Shown here piece by piece: positions 62,700 to 64,000 of a DNA stretch of 64,000 nucleotides. The translations under genes and the position numbers were made by a program. Each line of letters starts with the position of its first letter. Within the stretch, counting starts at the first letter, position 1. This DNA comes from Gemmatimonadaceae bacterium (GTDB lineage Bacteria; Gemmatimonadota; Gemmatimonadetes; Gemmatimonadales; Gemmatimonadaceae): the NCBI GenBank assembly GCA_051859245.1, contig JBHYGA010000010.1:1-64000 (forward strand). The letters run 5' to 3'. The notes beneath the pieces were generated by a model. It searched no databases. It was not told the DNA's origin and saw only the letters and a list, made by a program, of their open reading frames with translations.

Positions 62700-64000
62700 A
62701 TGAACGCCGCACAAGACACGCTGCTCCTCATCGTTGCCGACGGCGTGCGCCCCGACGTGCTGCAATCAGCACTGCGCGCGGGCGAACTGCCACATCTCGC
62801 GGCGCGCGCAGCACGTGGCGCCTTCACGCAGGTGTCGAGCTGCTTTCCGTCCGTCACCGGTCCAGCGTACGCGCCGTTTCTGATGGGCCGCTTTCCGGCC
62901 GGCATTGGATTGCCCGGCCTGCGGTGGTACGACCGCAGCCGCACCACCGCGTCCTGGCCATCGTTTGCGCGCAGCTACGTGGGTCCCGAAATCCGGTTGC
63001 TCGACGATGATATTGACCTGCATCCGCAAACGCTGCTCGAACTCGCCACGTCGAGTGTCGCGGGCTCCACACTGCTGGGACGCGGTGCGCGGGGCCAACG
63101 TCATCCGGGGCGCGGCTGGTTGTGGGCCGCCCGCGCTTTTCTCCCGCATTTTCTTGGGGATCTCAACGGCTGGCGCCGAGTTGAACAACAAGTGGTTGAT
63201 CATGTGCTCGGCTATTTGCGTCGGGACCGTCCGCACTTTGCCGTGATGTCGTTCCTCACACCAGACAAGTTTGCGCACGCCTTTGGCGCGCAGTCGCGCG
63301 AAGTGCGTGCGTCGCTGCGTGATATCGACGCATTTCTCGGCAGCGCCGAAGATATCGCCGCACGTGAAGGTTGGAGCGACAAGCTCCACGTATGGCTGGT
63401 CGCCGATCACGGACACGCTGACGTCACCGAGCACGACGAGATCGCCGATGCGATTCGTGCCATGGGACATCGCGTCCTCGCGCATCCCAAGGTCTGGCTG
63501 CGCAATCCGGACGTAGCGGTGATGGTGGGCGGCAACGCAATGGCGCACGTGTATGTGGAGCCGCATCACCGCCAGCGCCTGTGGTGGCCGCAGCTCAGGG
63601 ACCGATGGGAGTCGATGCACGATGCCCTGCTCGCACGACCAAGCGTTGATCTGGCCGCTGTTGCAACCGACGCGAACACCATTCGCGTGAGTCACGCCGA
63701 ACGTGGACGGGCCACCATCACGCGTGATATCGCCGCTGCTCGATGGAGCTATCGTCGCCTTACCGGTGATCCGCTCGGCATTGGTGAAGACGCCGTAAAC
63801 CTGAGCAGCAGCGAAGCGCACGACGTGTGTGCCACGACCGATTATCCCGACGCGATCGTGCAGCTGGCCGACGTTACACCATCACGTCGGGGCGGTGACA
63901 TTCTGCTCTCGGCCTCAGTTGGTTGGGATCTGCGCGACAAGTATGAGCCCACACGCCATCTGTCCACGCACGGGGCGCTGCATCGCGATCAGATGATGGT
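62700..64000 (+). CDS. Alkaline phosphatase superfamily (nucleotide pyrophosphatase/phosphodiesterase) protein, runs off the window end; missing from the ORF track
   Basis: Translated by hand: MNAAQDTLLLIVADGVRPD, FPSVTGPAY, PDKFAH, ADHG, HGALHRDQM. Confidence 0.88.
   Translation, partial: MNAAQDTLLLIVADGVRPDVLQSALRAGELPHLAARAARGAFTQVSSCFPSVTGPAYAPFLMGRFPAGIGLPGLRWYDRSRTTASWPSFARSYVGPEIRLLDDDIDLHPQTLLELATSSVAGSTLLGRGARGQRHPGRGWLWAARAFLPHFLGDLNGWRRVEQQVVDHVLGYLRRDRPHFAVMSFLTPDKFAHAFGAQSREVRASLRDIDAFLGSAEDIAAREGWSDKLHVWLVADHGHADVTEHDEIADAIRAMGHRVLAHPKVWLRNPDVAVMVGGNAMAHVYVEPHHRQRLWWPQLRDRWESMHDALLARPSVDLAAVATDANTIRVSHAERGRATITRDIAAARWSYRRLTGDPLGIGEDAVNLSSSEAHDVCATTDYPDAIVQLADVTPSRRGGDILLSASVGWDLRDKYEPTRHLSTHGALHRDQMM

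Noticed and set aside
62766..63821. 351-aa minus-strand ORF
   Set aside because: Shadow of the plus-strand alkaline-phosphatase-family gene starting at 62700

Overview
High-GC bacterial chromosomal window with about 55 genes. The gene content (Ser/Thr kinase-TPR receptor, two large BNR/VPS10 proteins with Gly-rich linkers, DUF5117/DUF4953 metalloprotease, several DinB proteins) suggests Gemmatimonadota; this is an inference. Recognisable genes include phhA, rsgA, proline dehydrogenase, fadI-fadJ, glpD, greA, a second uppS-like gene, katG divergent from oxyR, a stand-alone bciA (8-vinyl reductase, a possible phototrophy marker), a LOG protein, two PAS hybrid kinases and a TolC/MacB-like/MFP exporter with no ATPase gene. 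I saw no rRNA, tRNA, CRISPR array, transposase or integrase. The most interesting signals are mostly regulatory: (i) a four-gene membrane protein / wHTH / cis-prenyltransferase / DUF4153 operon preceded by two ACTTT-N7-AAAGT boxes, each abutting a -35; (ii) a terminator-containing structured leader on greA; (iii) three genes that appear to start at near-cognate codons (CTG, ACG, CTG/ATC) behind good SD sequences; (iv) repeated leaderless-gene architecture; (v) several candidate operators readable from the sequence; (vi) a MazF/PemK-like orphan and a membrane protein with a CxxC...HxxCxxC output domain. All family calls come from motif recognition by eye, and no database searches were run.
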